A stretch of DNA of 43,332 bases from a bacterium (lineage in GTDB: Bacteria; JADJOY01), in contig JAXLQJ010000022.1 in the NCBI GenBank assembly GCA_046331705.1, positions 62,001 to 105,332 on the forward strand. Reading direction: 5' to 3'. Shown piece after piece: positions 1-8,599 of the stretch. The position numbers and the translations under genes were made by a program. A model generated the notes under the pieces. That model saw only the letters and a program-made list of their open reading frames with translations. It was not told the origin of the DNA and did no database searches. How positions within the stretch are numbered: the stretch's first letter is position 1; the number at the start of each line of letters is the position of its first letter.

Positions 1-1
1 A

Positions 2-1429
2 GTCCGCGCAGTTGTTCGGCGCGAAGCTGCTCTGGTAGCGGCAGGTCAGCACCTCGCCGTCGACGGGTACCGGGTCGCACGCGCTGCGCGGGCACAGGCT
101 CGGGTCGGCGACGCACGAGCCATCGGGGCACGCGAAGCTCGTGTCACCCGAGCACCCCGTGTGGACCGGCTCCAGCGTGATGTCCATCGCTTTCACGGTC
201 TGGCGATGCGCTTCGCCGTCGAAGGGGAACGTGAGCGGCGCGGCGTCCTTGCCGTAGTAGAAGTCACCGTCCACCGGGAGCGGCGGGAACTTGGGCTCGA
301 GCTGCAGATGGACGTAGAGGTGGTAGGCACCCGAGAGCAACGCCTCGCGGTAGTAGGTGCAACCCGGAATCTCGATCGTGAGCGGCTTCTCCACGTCGAT
401 GTCGGGGCTCAAGATCTGGTTGGTATCGGTGCCGCCGTCGGGTGGCCGCGCGGGCGGGAACTCCCAGTCGGCGTCGGTGTAGAAGAACGCGAGGAGCTGG
501 CTCGCGACGTGCGGGAGCTTCTCGGGCACGTGGATGGTGAGCGCGAGCTTGTCGCTCTGCGGACAGACGTCGATGTCGCACTCGGTGGCGACCGAGGGAT
601 CGGGCGAGAAGTCGGTCTTCACGCACGGTCCGCAACCGCATTGCTCGGGTGGCGCGGCGTCGCCGGTGCGCACGCAACGAACGTCGCCGTAGCTGCACAC
701 GTGGTTGAAGCCGACGGCGCCGGTGTCGAAGGTGACGTACGCGACCCAGCGCTCGGGATCGTCGACGGCGCGGTCGCTGGCCCAGGTCTCGAGCGGATGG
801 CCGTGGACGGCAGGGTCCGGCTTGTCGCAGGTACCCGTCAGGGCGCCGGCCCAGTAGCAGCCGTCCGCGCCCGGTCCCGCGTACTCGTCGCCACCCAGGC
901 ACGCGGGATCGAGGCCGTCGCCGGTCTTGCTGCCGGACCGGACGCCGCACGAGCCGCCGGTCTGGGTGCTCGCGTGGCCCGCCACCAGCGTGCGTAGCTC
1001 GTCGATGGTGGGCACGCGCCAATCGTCGTAGCCGCCCAGCACCAGCTCGTCGCAGTAGCGCTGGGCTTCCTCGGGACGCAGACCGACGTCGGCGGCGGTG
1101 TAGGCGTCCTTCTGCGGGTCCTGCCAGCACAGGCCGGTCTTGGGATCACACCAGACGGGCGGGTGGCAGGTACCGTGATCGTCACACGCGCCCTCCGGGC
1201 AACCGGTGCCAGGCGCCGCCGCGCGAAACGTGCACACCTCGCGTTCGTCACAGACACCGACCCGGCAGGGATCGTCGCTGACGCAGGTGTCCTCGCACGC
1301 GAGCTCCTGCGGCACTCCGCCGCCACCGCCGGCTCCGTCACCGGCGGACCGATCGCAGCCCGACGCCGACAGCCACGCGCACAACCCCGCTGCAGCAACG
1401 AGCCGTGCGAGCGCCGACTGGTGCGACAT
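2..1429 (-). CDS. Cys-rich lipoprotein with DUF1566 (Lcl C-terminal-like) domain; 3' end runs off the window
   Basis: Not in the ORF track (no stop in window). Manual translation from ATG 1429 (RBS GAGGAGGGGGAG): MSHQSALARLVAAAGLCAWLSASG-C lipoprotein-type signal, Cys-rich segment, then DPKTGLCWQ...AQRYCDELVLGGYDDWRVPTIDELRTL...VRCVR typical of DUF1566. Confidence 0.8.
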   Translation of the reverse strand, partial: MSHQSALARLVAAAGLCAWLSASGCDRSAGDGAGGGGGVPQELACEDTCVSDDPCRVGVCDEREVCTFRAAAPGTGCPEGACDDHGTCHPPVWCDPKTGLCWQDPQKDAYTAADVGLRPEEAQRYCDELVLGGYDDWRVPTIDELRTLVAGHASTQTGGSCGVRSGSKTGDGLDPACLGGDEYAGPGADGCYWAGALTGTCDKPDPAVHGHPLETWASDRAVDDPERWVAYVTFDTGAVGFNHVCSYGDVRCVRTGDAAPPEQCGCGPCVKTDFSPDPSVATECDIDVCPQSDKLALTIHVPEKLPHVASQLLAFFYTDADWEFPPARPPDGGTDTNQILSPDIDVEKPLTIEIPGCTYYREALLSGAYHLYVHLQLEPKFPPLPVDGDFYYGKDAAPLTFPFDGEAHRQTVKAMDITLEPVHTGCSGDTSFACPDGSCVADPSLCPRSACDPVPVDGEVLTCRYQSSFAPNNCAD

Positions 1430-1564
1430 CGTCTCCCCCTCCTCGAGCTGCCGCCGGGCCCCGTCCGGCCGCGCCGCAGGGCGCCCGCGCGAGCGCCGTC
1501 GCCGAATCTACGGCACGGCGCACGCGGATTCGACGCTGCTCCGACCCAGAGCTTGCGCACCAGG

Positions 1565-1608
1565 GCGGTTGTTGATATTTTGTATAGGTATTGACAACGT
1601 ATTGAGCA
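1565..1608. promoter_or_regulatory. Four tandem 11-bp direct repeats (TnnWCA core), CarA/CarH/LitR-like operator upstream of ybgA-like gene
   Basis: AT-rich island. Minus strand reads TGCTCAATACG-TTGTCAATACC-TATACAAAATA-TCAACAACCGC; cores at plus-strand 1570, 1581, 1592, 1603 (exact 11-bp period); includes TTGACA at 1591-1596. Confidence 0.6.
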
Positions 1609-1618
1609 GGGAGAACCG

Positions 1619-2593
1619 ATGCGCACGAGTGATCCCGGAAGCAACCGAATCCGCGTGGGAGTGAGCGCCTGCCTGGTGGGCGCGCAAGTCCGCTTCGATG
1701 GCGGCCACAAGCGCGACCGGCGGGTCGCCGAGACGCTGGCGCGCCACTTCGAGCTGGTGACGGTCTGTCCGGAGGTCGAGGTGGGCATGGGCACGCCACG
1801 CGAGACCGTGCGTCTCGTGAGCGATCGGGAGCGGCCACGGCTCGTGACGTCGCGCAGCGCCGTGGATTGGACCGAGCGCATGGAGAGCTACGCGACGGCG
1901 CGGGTGACCCGGGCGGACCTCGCGGATCTCCGAGGCTTCATCCTCAAGAGCGACTCGCCGAGCTGCGGCCTGGAGCGCGTCCGGGTGTACGGCGCGAGCG
2001 GCGTGCCCACGCGCGACGGTGTGGGCGTGTTCGCGCGCGCCTTGCTCGATCGCTTCCCGCTCTTGCCCGTGGAGGAGGAAGGGCGGCTCAACGACGCGCG
2101 GCTGCGCGAGTCGTTCGTGACGCGCGTCTTCGGCTACCACCGGGTGCGCGCGCATTTCGCCGATCCGGACTGGACGCTCGGGGCGCTCGTCCGCTTCCAC
2201 GCCCGCCACAAGTACCTGCTCCTCGCTCACAGCCCCCGTCTCGCCGGCGAGCTGGGCAAGCTCGTGGCCGGTGCAGCGCGCCTCGAGCGCGACGCCGTCG
2301 CCAGCGAGTACACGGCGCTCTTCATGGCCGCCCTCGCCGAGATGCCCACGACCGGCAGGCACGCCAACGTGCTGCTCCACATCGTGGGCCATCTCCACGA
2401 CCGGATCTCGGCGGCCGAGCGCCACGACTTGCTGGAAGTCATCGACGATTATCGCCACGAGCGCATCCCCCTCGCGGTTCCGGTTACGTTGCTGAGGCAC
2501 CACGTCGCGACCCGCGACGTTCCGTACGTCCGCGATCAGCTCTTCTTCGCACCCCACCCCAAGGATCTCGGCCTGCGCAATCACGTCGCTTGA
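1619..2593 (+). CDS. ybgA: DUF523 (2-thiouracil desulfurase-like) + DUF1722 protein, YbgA family
   Basis: GVSACLVGAQVRFDGGHK, VCPEVEVGMGTPRE, LKSDSPSCG, EEEGRLND, FHARHKYLLLAHS, C-terminal PHPKDLGLRNHV; RBS GGGAG. Confidence 0.9.
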   Translation: MRTSDPGSNRIRVGVSACLVGAQVRFDGGHKRDRRVAETLARHFELVTVCPEVEVGMGTPRETVRLVSDRERPRLVTSRSAVDWTERMESYATARVTRADLADLRGFILKSDSPSCGLERVRVYGASGVPTRDGVGVFARALLDRFPLLPVEEEGRLNDARLRESFVTRVFGYHRVRAHFADPDWTLGALVRFHARHKYLLLAHSPRLAGELGKLVAGAARLERDAVASEYTALFMAALAEMPTTGRHANVLLHIVGHLHDRISAAERHDLLEVIDDYRHERIPLAVPVTLLRHHVATRDVPYVRDQLFFAPHPKDLGLRNHVA

Positions 2594-2660
2594 TCGAGAC
2601 CGCTCTGTCCACCGCGGGCCGACGCTCCATTCCGAGCGCGGCATCGTTCGAGGCCAACCG

Positions 2661-3407
2661 ATGAGGACCCTCACCCCCGGAGATCGCTTGCGCGCGCTCA
2701 TCGAAGCCGACGGGCCCAGCGATCCGAGGACCGCGGGCGCGCAGCCCGGCGGAAGCGTTCGCGCCCGCGTGGTCGCCGTCGCCGAGCTGCCGAGCCGCTT
2801 CGGCTCGTTCCATCTGGTGGCGTTCGAGAACGACCGCGACGGCGCCGATCATCTGGCGATGGTCCGCGGCGACGTCCTGGGCGCCGAGGACCTCCCGACG
2901 CGCGTCCACTCCGAATGCTTGACCGGCGACGTCATGGGCTCGCTGCGCTGTGATTGCCGCGAGCAGCTCGAAGAAGGGTTGCGCGCGCTCAGCCGCGAGC
3001 CGCGCGGGCTCTTGCTCTACCTGCGCCAGGAAGGACGCGGGATCGGCCTCGTCAACAAGCTCAAGGCGTACGCGCTGCAAGAGCAGGGGCTGGACACCGT
3101 CGAGGCCAACCTGGCGCTGGGATTCCGCGACGACGAACGCGACTACGCCATCGCCGCGGCGATGCTCGAGGCCCTCGGCGTGAAGTCGATCCGGCTCATG
3201 ACCAACAACCCGACCAAGCTGCGCGAGCTCGCGCGCCACGGTGTCCGCATCAACGGGCGAATCCCACACGCGATGCCGCCCAACGCCCACAACCACGCGT
3301 ACCTCGCCACCAAGGCGCGGCGCTCGGGGCATTGGCTCGACGTGCGTGGCACCGCCCGCGCCGAGGCGCTGCCGCACCCCATCGCCGAAGCACGCCTTCT
3401 CGACTGA
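2661..3407 (+). CDS. ribA: GTP cyclohydrolase II
   Basis: RVHSECLTGDVMGSLRCDCREQL (Zn-binding Cys), YLRQEGRGIGLVNKLKAYALQEQGLDTVEAN, LMTNNPTK, YLATK..GH. Confidence 0.95.
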   Translation: MRTLTPGDRLRALIEADGPSDPRTAGAQPGGSVRARVVAVAELPSRFGSFHLVAFENDRDGADHLAMVRGDVLGAEDLPTRVHSECLTGDVMGSLRCDCREQLEEGLRALSREPRGLLLYLRQEGRGIGLVNKLKAYALQEQGLDTVEANLALGFRDDERDYAIAAAMLEALGVKSIRLMTNNPTKLRELARHGVRINGRIPHAMPPNAHNHAYLATKARRSGHWLDVRGTARAEALPHPIAEARLLD

Positions 3408-3436
3408 CTCGTCGGCGCCATCGGCGCCGCGCGTAC

Positions 3437-4876
3437 TCAGCCGAAGGGGCGTGCGAACGCAGGGAGCTGATCGGGCGCGAGGCGCTCGGCACGGTAGATC
3501 CAGTAGCCGAGCAACCGCACGCCGTTGCCGAGATCCAGCTCCCAGACGGTGTCGCCGGAAGGGCCGAGCTCGAGGACGCGCGCCGGCTTGCCGAGCGCTT
3601 CCCCACCCACTCCCGACACGACCATGAGATTCCCGTTCGGGAGTCGGTCGACGTCGCCGAGCGCGGGATCGAGGAAGGGTTCCTCGCCGCGCCACTCGAA
3701 CGTGGACGTCGCGGTGCCCGCCGCCTCGTTCCACTGGAAGCCCGCGACGCGGGACCATCCGCGCTGGTTGCCGTTGTCGTAGTAGAGGATCGAGCCGTCG
3801 GACTCGAGCTCGGGGGCGTGCTGATGATCCATGAGGCCGTCGCCACCGAGGCCGTTCTTGCCGATCACCGCTCGCACCGCGCCCGACGGATAGTCGATCG
3901 CCAGCATGCGGTCGAGATTTCGCACCGAGAGCCAGAGCACGCCCCGCGCCTGGTCCCACACGACGCCGTTCGAATGGGTCCAGTCCTGACCCTGAAGCGT
4001 CGTTCCCGGCAGCAGCAAGTCGGCGGCGCTCACGTCGGTGACGGCGACGTGGTCGAAGATGTCCCACGACCACAGCACCCGATTGGTCAGCGGGTCGACG
4101 AGCTCCAGGCCGTCTCCCTCGAAGGGCACGCCCAGGACGTCGCGCACGATCGCGGTGATGTAGAGGTAGTGGCCGTCCGGCCCCGGCGTGACCTCGTGGT
4201 GCGCCTCCACGCCGTCGCGACTGCGCCACGTCACGGCACCGTCCCAGGTGGACTCGAACGCTTGCGACGGTCCGCCGTTGGGCGAGTAGACATAGAGCAG
4301 ATGGCCGTTCGGCAGCAGGCGGGCGTCGGTGACGAAGCCCGGCTCGAAACGCAGCCACCACACCACCTCGCCGTGATCGTTCACCACGAGCAGCGCGGCG
4401 ACGCGGTCTTCTTGGTGCGGCGGCAGCGGATCCTGGACGTTGAGGAGCGTGTAGCCCGGCTGCATCCGCCGGGCGTCACGGATCGAGATGGCGATCGGCG
4501 GGAAATCGCTCGGCACCGGCACCACGCGAAAGCGCGAGTCGGCGGCGCGAAACGCCAGCCCGGCGCCGTCGAGCGCCTCGACGCGGGCGTAGACCAGGTC
4601 GCCCAGGGCGAACGCGGTCCGTGCGGTCGCCGACGGCGTGTCCACGGTCTGCGCTTCGATCGATCGCGTGTGTTGCGTGTCGGCGAAGAGCGTCACGCGG
4701 TAGCTCGCCGCGCGCTCGCTGCCCTCCCACGTCAGCCGGGGCTGGGCAGCGTTGGCGACGCCGTCGGGCGACGGCGAGACCAAGCGCAGCTCGGGGGCAT
4801 CGGTCTCGGTGGCAGCACCGCCGCAGCCGAGCAGCAGCGCGACGACCACGAGCCACGGAGCCATCAGGAATCGCAT
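3437..4876 (-). CDS. Arylsulfotransferase (ASST)-like beta-propeller lipoprotein, copy 1
   Basis: Lipobox LLLG-C; short N-terminal beta domain; AHHEV, DWTHSNGV, LSVRN, DHQHAP matching ASST His/His-Asn/Arg/His catalytic motifs; GDVDRLPNGN, YRAER. Confidence 0.8.
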   Translation of the reverse strand: MRFLMAPWLVVVALLLGCGGAATETDAPELRLVSPSPDGVANAAQPRLTWEGSERAASYRVTLFADTQHTRSIEAQTVDTPSATARTAFALGDLVYARVEALDGAGLAFRAADSRFRVVPVPSDFPPIAISIRDARRMQPGYTLLNVQDPLPPHQEDRVAALLVVNDHGEVVWWLRFEPGFVTDARLLPNGHLLYVYSPNGGPSQAFESTWDGAVTWRSRDGVEAHHEVTPGPDGHYLYITAIVRDVLGVPFEGDGLELVDPLTNRVLWSWDIFDHVAVTDVSAADLLLPGTTLQGQDWTHSNGVVWDQARGVLWLSVRNLDRMLAIDYPSGAVRAVIGKNGLGGDGLMDHQHAPELESDGSILYYDNGNQRGWSRVAGFQWNEAAGTATSTFEWRGEEPFLDPALGDVDRLPNGNLMVVSGVGGEALGKPARVLELGPSGDTVWELDLGNGVRLLGYWIYRAERLAPDQLPAFARPFG

Positions 4877-4936
4877 GCGACACCGCGCGCCGGCGCGGCG
4901 CGAAGCGGCGGAGCCAATCAGACGAACGTGGCGCTG

Positions 4937-7900
4937 TCAGCTCGTCACGAGCGCGGCGCGTTGCTTCGCTGCGGCGAGGCAGCGGCGAAGCACGCGCTGC
5001 GCGCTCCCGCGGATCGCCCGGGTCGTCGGCCGACGAGTCAGCCACCCGGCCATGAAGGGCCGGGGACGCGCGCGCCGTGCCCGCAGCGAGCTCGGCCACG
5101 CGAGCGGCGCGAGCACCGCCGCGATCGAAGGCAGCGCGCACGCGCCACCAGGAACGGCACCGCAGCTCGTGGAATCGCACGCATTCCCGACACCGTCGCC
5201 GTCACCATCGCTCTGATCCGGATTCGCGCGCGCCGGGCAGTTGTCGCAGGCGTCGCCCACACCGTCGTGATCGGTGTCGACGGTGTCGCAACCGCCGGCG
5301 GCGAGTCCGAAGCTGCGCACCACGGTGGTCACGTGCCCGGCGTGATCCGCCACGCGGACGGTGAGCGTCGCGCCGAGCGCCGCGAGGTCCACGCTCGCCG
5401 GCAGTGTCACCTCGACCACCCCACCGTCCCGAGCGGCGACGCCCGCGGCGAGGTTGGCGCCAGCGGGCTTCGGCCCGATGGCCACGTCGAGCGTCACGGA
5501 GAGGGTCTCGGGTGCCACGCCGGATTCGAGATCGTAGGCACCGACGCGGATCGCGCTCACCGGCGCGGCCCGTCCTTCCACGACAGTCGGGCTGACCCAC
5601 AGCGTGGGCCGCAGGTCGTCCTCGAACCAGCCCCACGGCGAGCCGAGATCGATCGGCGCGCCCAGGTCGATCCAGCGCGCGAGTGTGAGCTTCTCGTCCC
5701 ACGTGAGCCCGCGCAACGACGCGAGATTGGGATGGATCGTGTCGCCGGCGGCGTCGTAATCGATGTCGCCGCCGCGGGTGGCGCTCACGCGACCGTCCAA
5801 GCGCTTCCCGAACACCTTCCAGATCAAGAGGCTCTGCCGCGCCTGGAACGAGCGCACGTAGCGCGTCTGCTGCGGCGGCAGGAAATAGGTCGCCGGGCTG
5901 CCGGCGGGAACGCCGAGGCCGAAGCGGGGGCAGCCGTCCTGATTGGAATCCAGCACCAGCCGGTAGTACGTGCCGGGCCACGAGTCTCCCGCGCAAGAGA
6001 CCGTCGTGGCGTCGGCGTGCAGATCGAGCTTGCCGTCGGTGGTGTTGCTGGCGTGGCAGCCGGCGCAGCGGCTCTCGAGGATCGGCTTCACGTCGCGGAA
6101 GTACTCGACGCTTCGCTCGCGCGCCGAGCTCGTCACCGTCGTGGGATTGCCGTCGAGCTGGGTGAGCGCGAGCAGCGGTGTCGCCATCGCGACGTCCGTG
6201 GGCGCGAAGCCGGGCTGACCCGCGACGGTCGTCGCGAAGTCGAGCGGCTCCTTGGCGTGCGCGTGGCATCCGCCGCAGTTGGTGCGCTTCTCGCCCGGCC
6301 GGACCTGGTGCCACGTCTGCGCCATGTTCACGACCATGCCGTTGCGATCCAGCGCCTGGAACGTGAACGGCACGTCGGCGGGCACCCGGGCCAGAAACGA
6401 GGTGTCCGTGTAGCCGTTGGCGTCGATCACGCCCTCGTGGCGAACCGGGATCTCGCCGAGGATACGAAGCCGCTCCTGGCCCGTGTTCGCGAACGCGGCA
6501 CCGCCGTTCGGATACGTGCGATCGGTGGCCGGCAGCATCGCGAGGATGCGCAGCGCGTAGATGTCGTCCTCGTCGTAGAGCCCGGCGTCGGCACCCTGCG
6601 CCACCCATGCCCACAGCATCTCGTGGCTCGCGTTGAAGGGATCGGGATCGCCGCCGTAGATGCCGGGGCGCGGGTTGGTGTCGCGCCAGGTGAGCGAGGA
6701 CGACCCCACCAGCCCGAACGGCGAGTGCGCGGGAAGCGGCCCTTGCCCTGGATTCGCGAGGGGCGGGCGAGGCGCGGGCTGCTCGTGTCCCGGAAAGAGC
6801 GCGGCGTAGCTCACCAACGGCTTGGGGAACATCTCGTTCACGTTGGGATCGTTGGCGATCTTCACGAGCTCGCCGGCGCTCGCGGTGGGGTTGCCGCCCG
6901 CGATGCGGTAGATCCCGCCGTCGTAGACCGGCTCGTCCTCCGACGACCACACGCCGTTGTGATTCGCCGGACCCGGTGTGTAGACGAGCAGCAGCTCGCC
7001 GTTGGGCGCCGCCGCCGGGTGCGTGACCTTGCCGTTTCGATTCGCCGGGCTGCAGCTCGGGTCGATCGCCGATCCGTAGGGATTGTCCTCCTGGCCCGGG
7101 CAAGGCGCGGGGTAATCCTCCGGGTGCGTCCAGGGCGTGAGCTTCACCTGCTCGACACGTTGCAAGGGGATGTCGGTGCCGGGCTCGGTGATGCCGCGAA
7201 AATCGGGCCCCGAGGGCGCGATCGGATAGCGCACCAGATCGCCGAAGCCGTTGTTGTTCAGGTTGTAGTAGCGCGCGACCACCAGATCGCCGTCGGGCAG
7301 CTGGGTCATGAAGTGGTGGGTGAGCGCCTGCTCGCCGAAGCCCGAAAGCGACTCGAAGCCCGTGCCGTCGGAGGCGAGGCCCCAGAGCGGGAAGATCCGG
7401 ATGTCGCGCGCACCCTGGCTCTCCCAGCTCGTCCACGCGAGGCGCCCGTCGAGCAGCTGGTAGGGGTGAAGCGCTTGCGAGTTGTTGAGGTAGCCGATCT
7501 GCTCGACGTTGCGACCGTCCCAGTCCATCGTGAAGAGTTGCAAGACCCGCTCGGCGCCGTTGAAGCTGCGCGGCGGCAGGAAGTCGTTGCGACTCGACGT
7601 GAACACGATCGCCGGCTCCGCCGCCACCGGCCGTGCCACGAACGCGGGACCGACGTTGAAGACGCCCACGTTGGGGCAGTTCGTGTACGGCACGTCGCAG
7701 TCGAAGTCGGCGCCATTGCCGAGGTTGGGCGTGAGCACCTGGTGCGTGAGACGCACCACGCTCTTGCTCGCGACCTCCAGGCGATACACGTCGGCGCCTT
7801 TCTGCGAGAGACAACCGCTCGACATGGCTCCGCCAGCGCAGCGCTGAACGTTCACGTCGGTTTGGTCGTGGTAGTAGGCGAAGACCACCCAGCGCCCGTC

Positions 7901-8293
7901 GAACGACACGTTCACGTCCTGCACCGCGCCGGCGCCGATGGGTGCGTCCACCGAGGGCTGGTGCTGGGGCAATGGGAAGAGCACGGTCTCCGTGCAGTCC
8001 GGATGGAGCACGCGCAGATCGGAACCCGGATCCGGCACCAGCGGCCGCACGGTGTCGGGCCAGATGGTGTTCTGGGAAAGCAGATCGCCGTAGCGCGGCG
8101 CGTGGACGTACACGATGTCGTACGCGATGCGGTTGGGAGTGCAGCCCAGGACGGCCGCGGCGGCGACGTCCGAGGTGAAGAGCGCGACGAGCGCGCCACA
8201 AGCCAGCGCGATCGCGGAAACGGGCCCGAGACTCGAGCGACGACCTGCACGCGTGTTTCGGCCGCGCCGAAACACGATCCATGAACGCTTCAC
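4937..8293 (-). CDS. Exported hydrazine synthase alpha-like protein: TolB/WD40-like propeller, HZS-alpha middle domain, two c-type heme motifs, TSP3 repeats
   Basis: Likely GTG start 8293 after GGGGAGAGGGAG (ORF track extends to 8542); signal peptide; VSFDGRWVVF and IVFTSSRN propeller motifs; LGEIPV..SFLARVPADVPFTFQALDRNGM..VRPGEKRTNCGGCH; second heme RCAGCH; LARWIDLGAP; DTDHDGVGDACDNCP repeats. Confidence 0.8.
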   Translation of the reverse strand: MKRSWIVFRRGRNTRAGRRSSLGPVSAIALACGALVALFTSDVAAAAVLGCTPNRIAYDIVYVHAPRYGDLLSQNTIWPDTVRPLVPDPGSDLRVLHPDCTETVLFPLPQHQPSVDAPIGAGAVQDVNVSFDGRWVVFAYYHDQTDVNVQRCAGGAMSSGCLSQKGADVYRLEVASKSVVRLTHQVLTPNLGNGADFDCDVPYTNCPNVGVFNVGPAFVARPVAAEPAIVFTSSRNDFLPPRSFNGAERVLQLFTMDWDGRNVEQIGYLNNSQALHPYQLLDGRLAWTSWESQGARDIRIFPLWGLASDGTGFESLSGFGEQALTHHFMTQLPDGDLVVARYYNLNNNGFGDLVRYPIAPSGPDFRGITEPGTDIPLQRVEQVKLTPWTHPEDYPAPCPGQEDNPYGSAIDPSCSPANRNGKVTHPAAAPNGELLLVYTPGPANHNGVWSSEDEPVYDGGIYRIAGGNPTASAGELVKIANDPNVNEMFPKPLVSYAALFPGHEQPAPRPPLANPGQGPLPAHSPFGLVGSSSLTWRDTNPRPGIYGGDPDPFNASHEMLWAWVAQGADAGLYDEDDIYALRILAMLPATDRTYPNGGAAFANTGQERLRILGEIPVRHEGVIDANGYTDTSFLARVPADVPFTFQALDRNGMVVNMAQTWHQVRPGEKRTNCGGCHAHAKEPLDFATTVAGQPGFAPTDVAMATPLLALTQLDGNPTTVTSSARERSVEYFRDVKPILESRCAGCHASNTTDGKLDLHADATTVSCAGDSWPGTYYRLVLDSNQDGCPRFGLGVPAGSPATYFLPPQQTRYVRSFQARQSLLIWKVFGKRLDGRVSATRGGDIDYDAAGDTIHPNLASLRGLTWDEKLTLARWIDLGAPIDLGSPWGWFEDDLRPTLWVSPTVVEGRAAPVSAIRVGAYDLESGVAPETLSVTLDVAIGPKPAGANLAAGVAARDGGVVEVTLPASVDLAALGATLTVRVADHAGHVTTVVRSFGLAAGGCDTVDTDHDGVGDACDNCPARANPDQSDGDGDGVGNACDSTSCGAVPGGACALPSIAAVLAPLAWPSSLRARRARPRPFMAGWLTRRPTTRAIRGSAQRVLRRCLAAAKQRAALVTS
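5174..5288 (-). repeat. Thrombospondin type-3 (Ca-binding) repeats within the HzsA-like CDS (approximate bounds)
   Basis: DTVDTDHDGVGDACDNCPARANPDQSDGDGDGVGNACD. Confidence 0.8.
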
Positions 8294-8599
8294 CGCGACG
8301 CTCCCTCTCCCCCGAGGCGAACCGGTGACAGCGCAGCAACCGACGTGCCTGCGGGGTCCGCCGCTCGATTCGCCGAGGCCACTCCTCTTCGACCCCCACG
8401 AGCCGGCGCGCTGGCGAAGCGGATTCTCGCGTGGTGGCGAGCAGTTCGCGCGCGCCGCCGTGGCGCCGCCGGCATTCACACGACGCTCGGTCGCGAGCGC
8501 ACGAATGTCACGCGGGATCGCGCCCGGTGGGACGATCGTCAACGATCCGTCGCTGTCGGCGACGATTTGCGGCAGCGGGCGGCGCTGCGCCGCGGCAAC

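Noticed and set aside
2954-8284. 1776-aa plus-strand ORF and other long ORFs (15267-18224, 19702-22602, 22512-24782, 25302-28088)
   Set aside because: Antisense or off-frame shadows of motif-bearing genes; Arg/Ala/Gly-rich with no motifs, as expected in very high-GC DNA.
4937-8293. Anammox hydrazine synthase / anammox metabolism
   Set aside because: Only an alpha-like domain architecture; no hzsB/hzsC or hydrazine dehydrogenase in the window, and extra TSP3 and tail regions.
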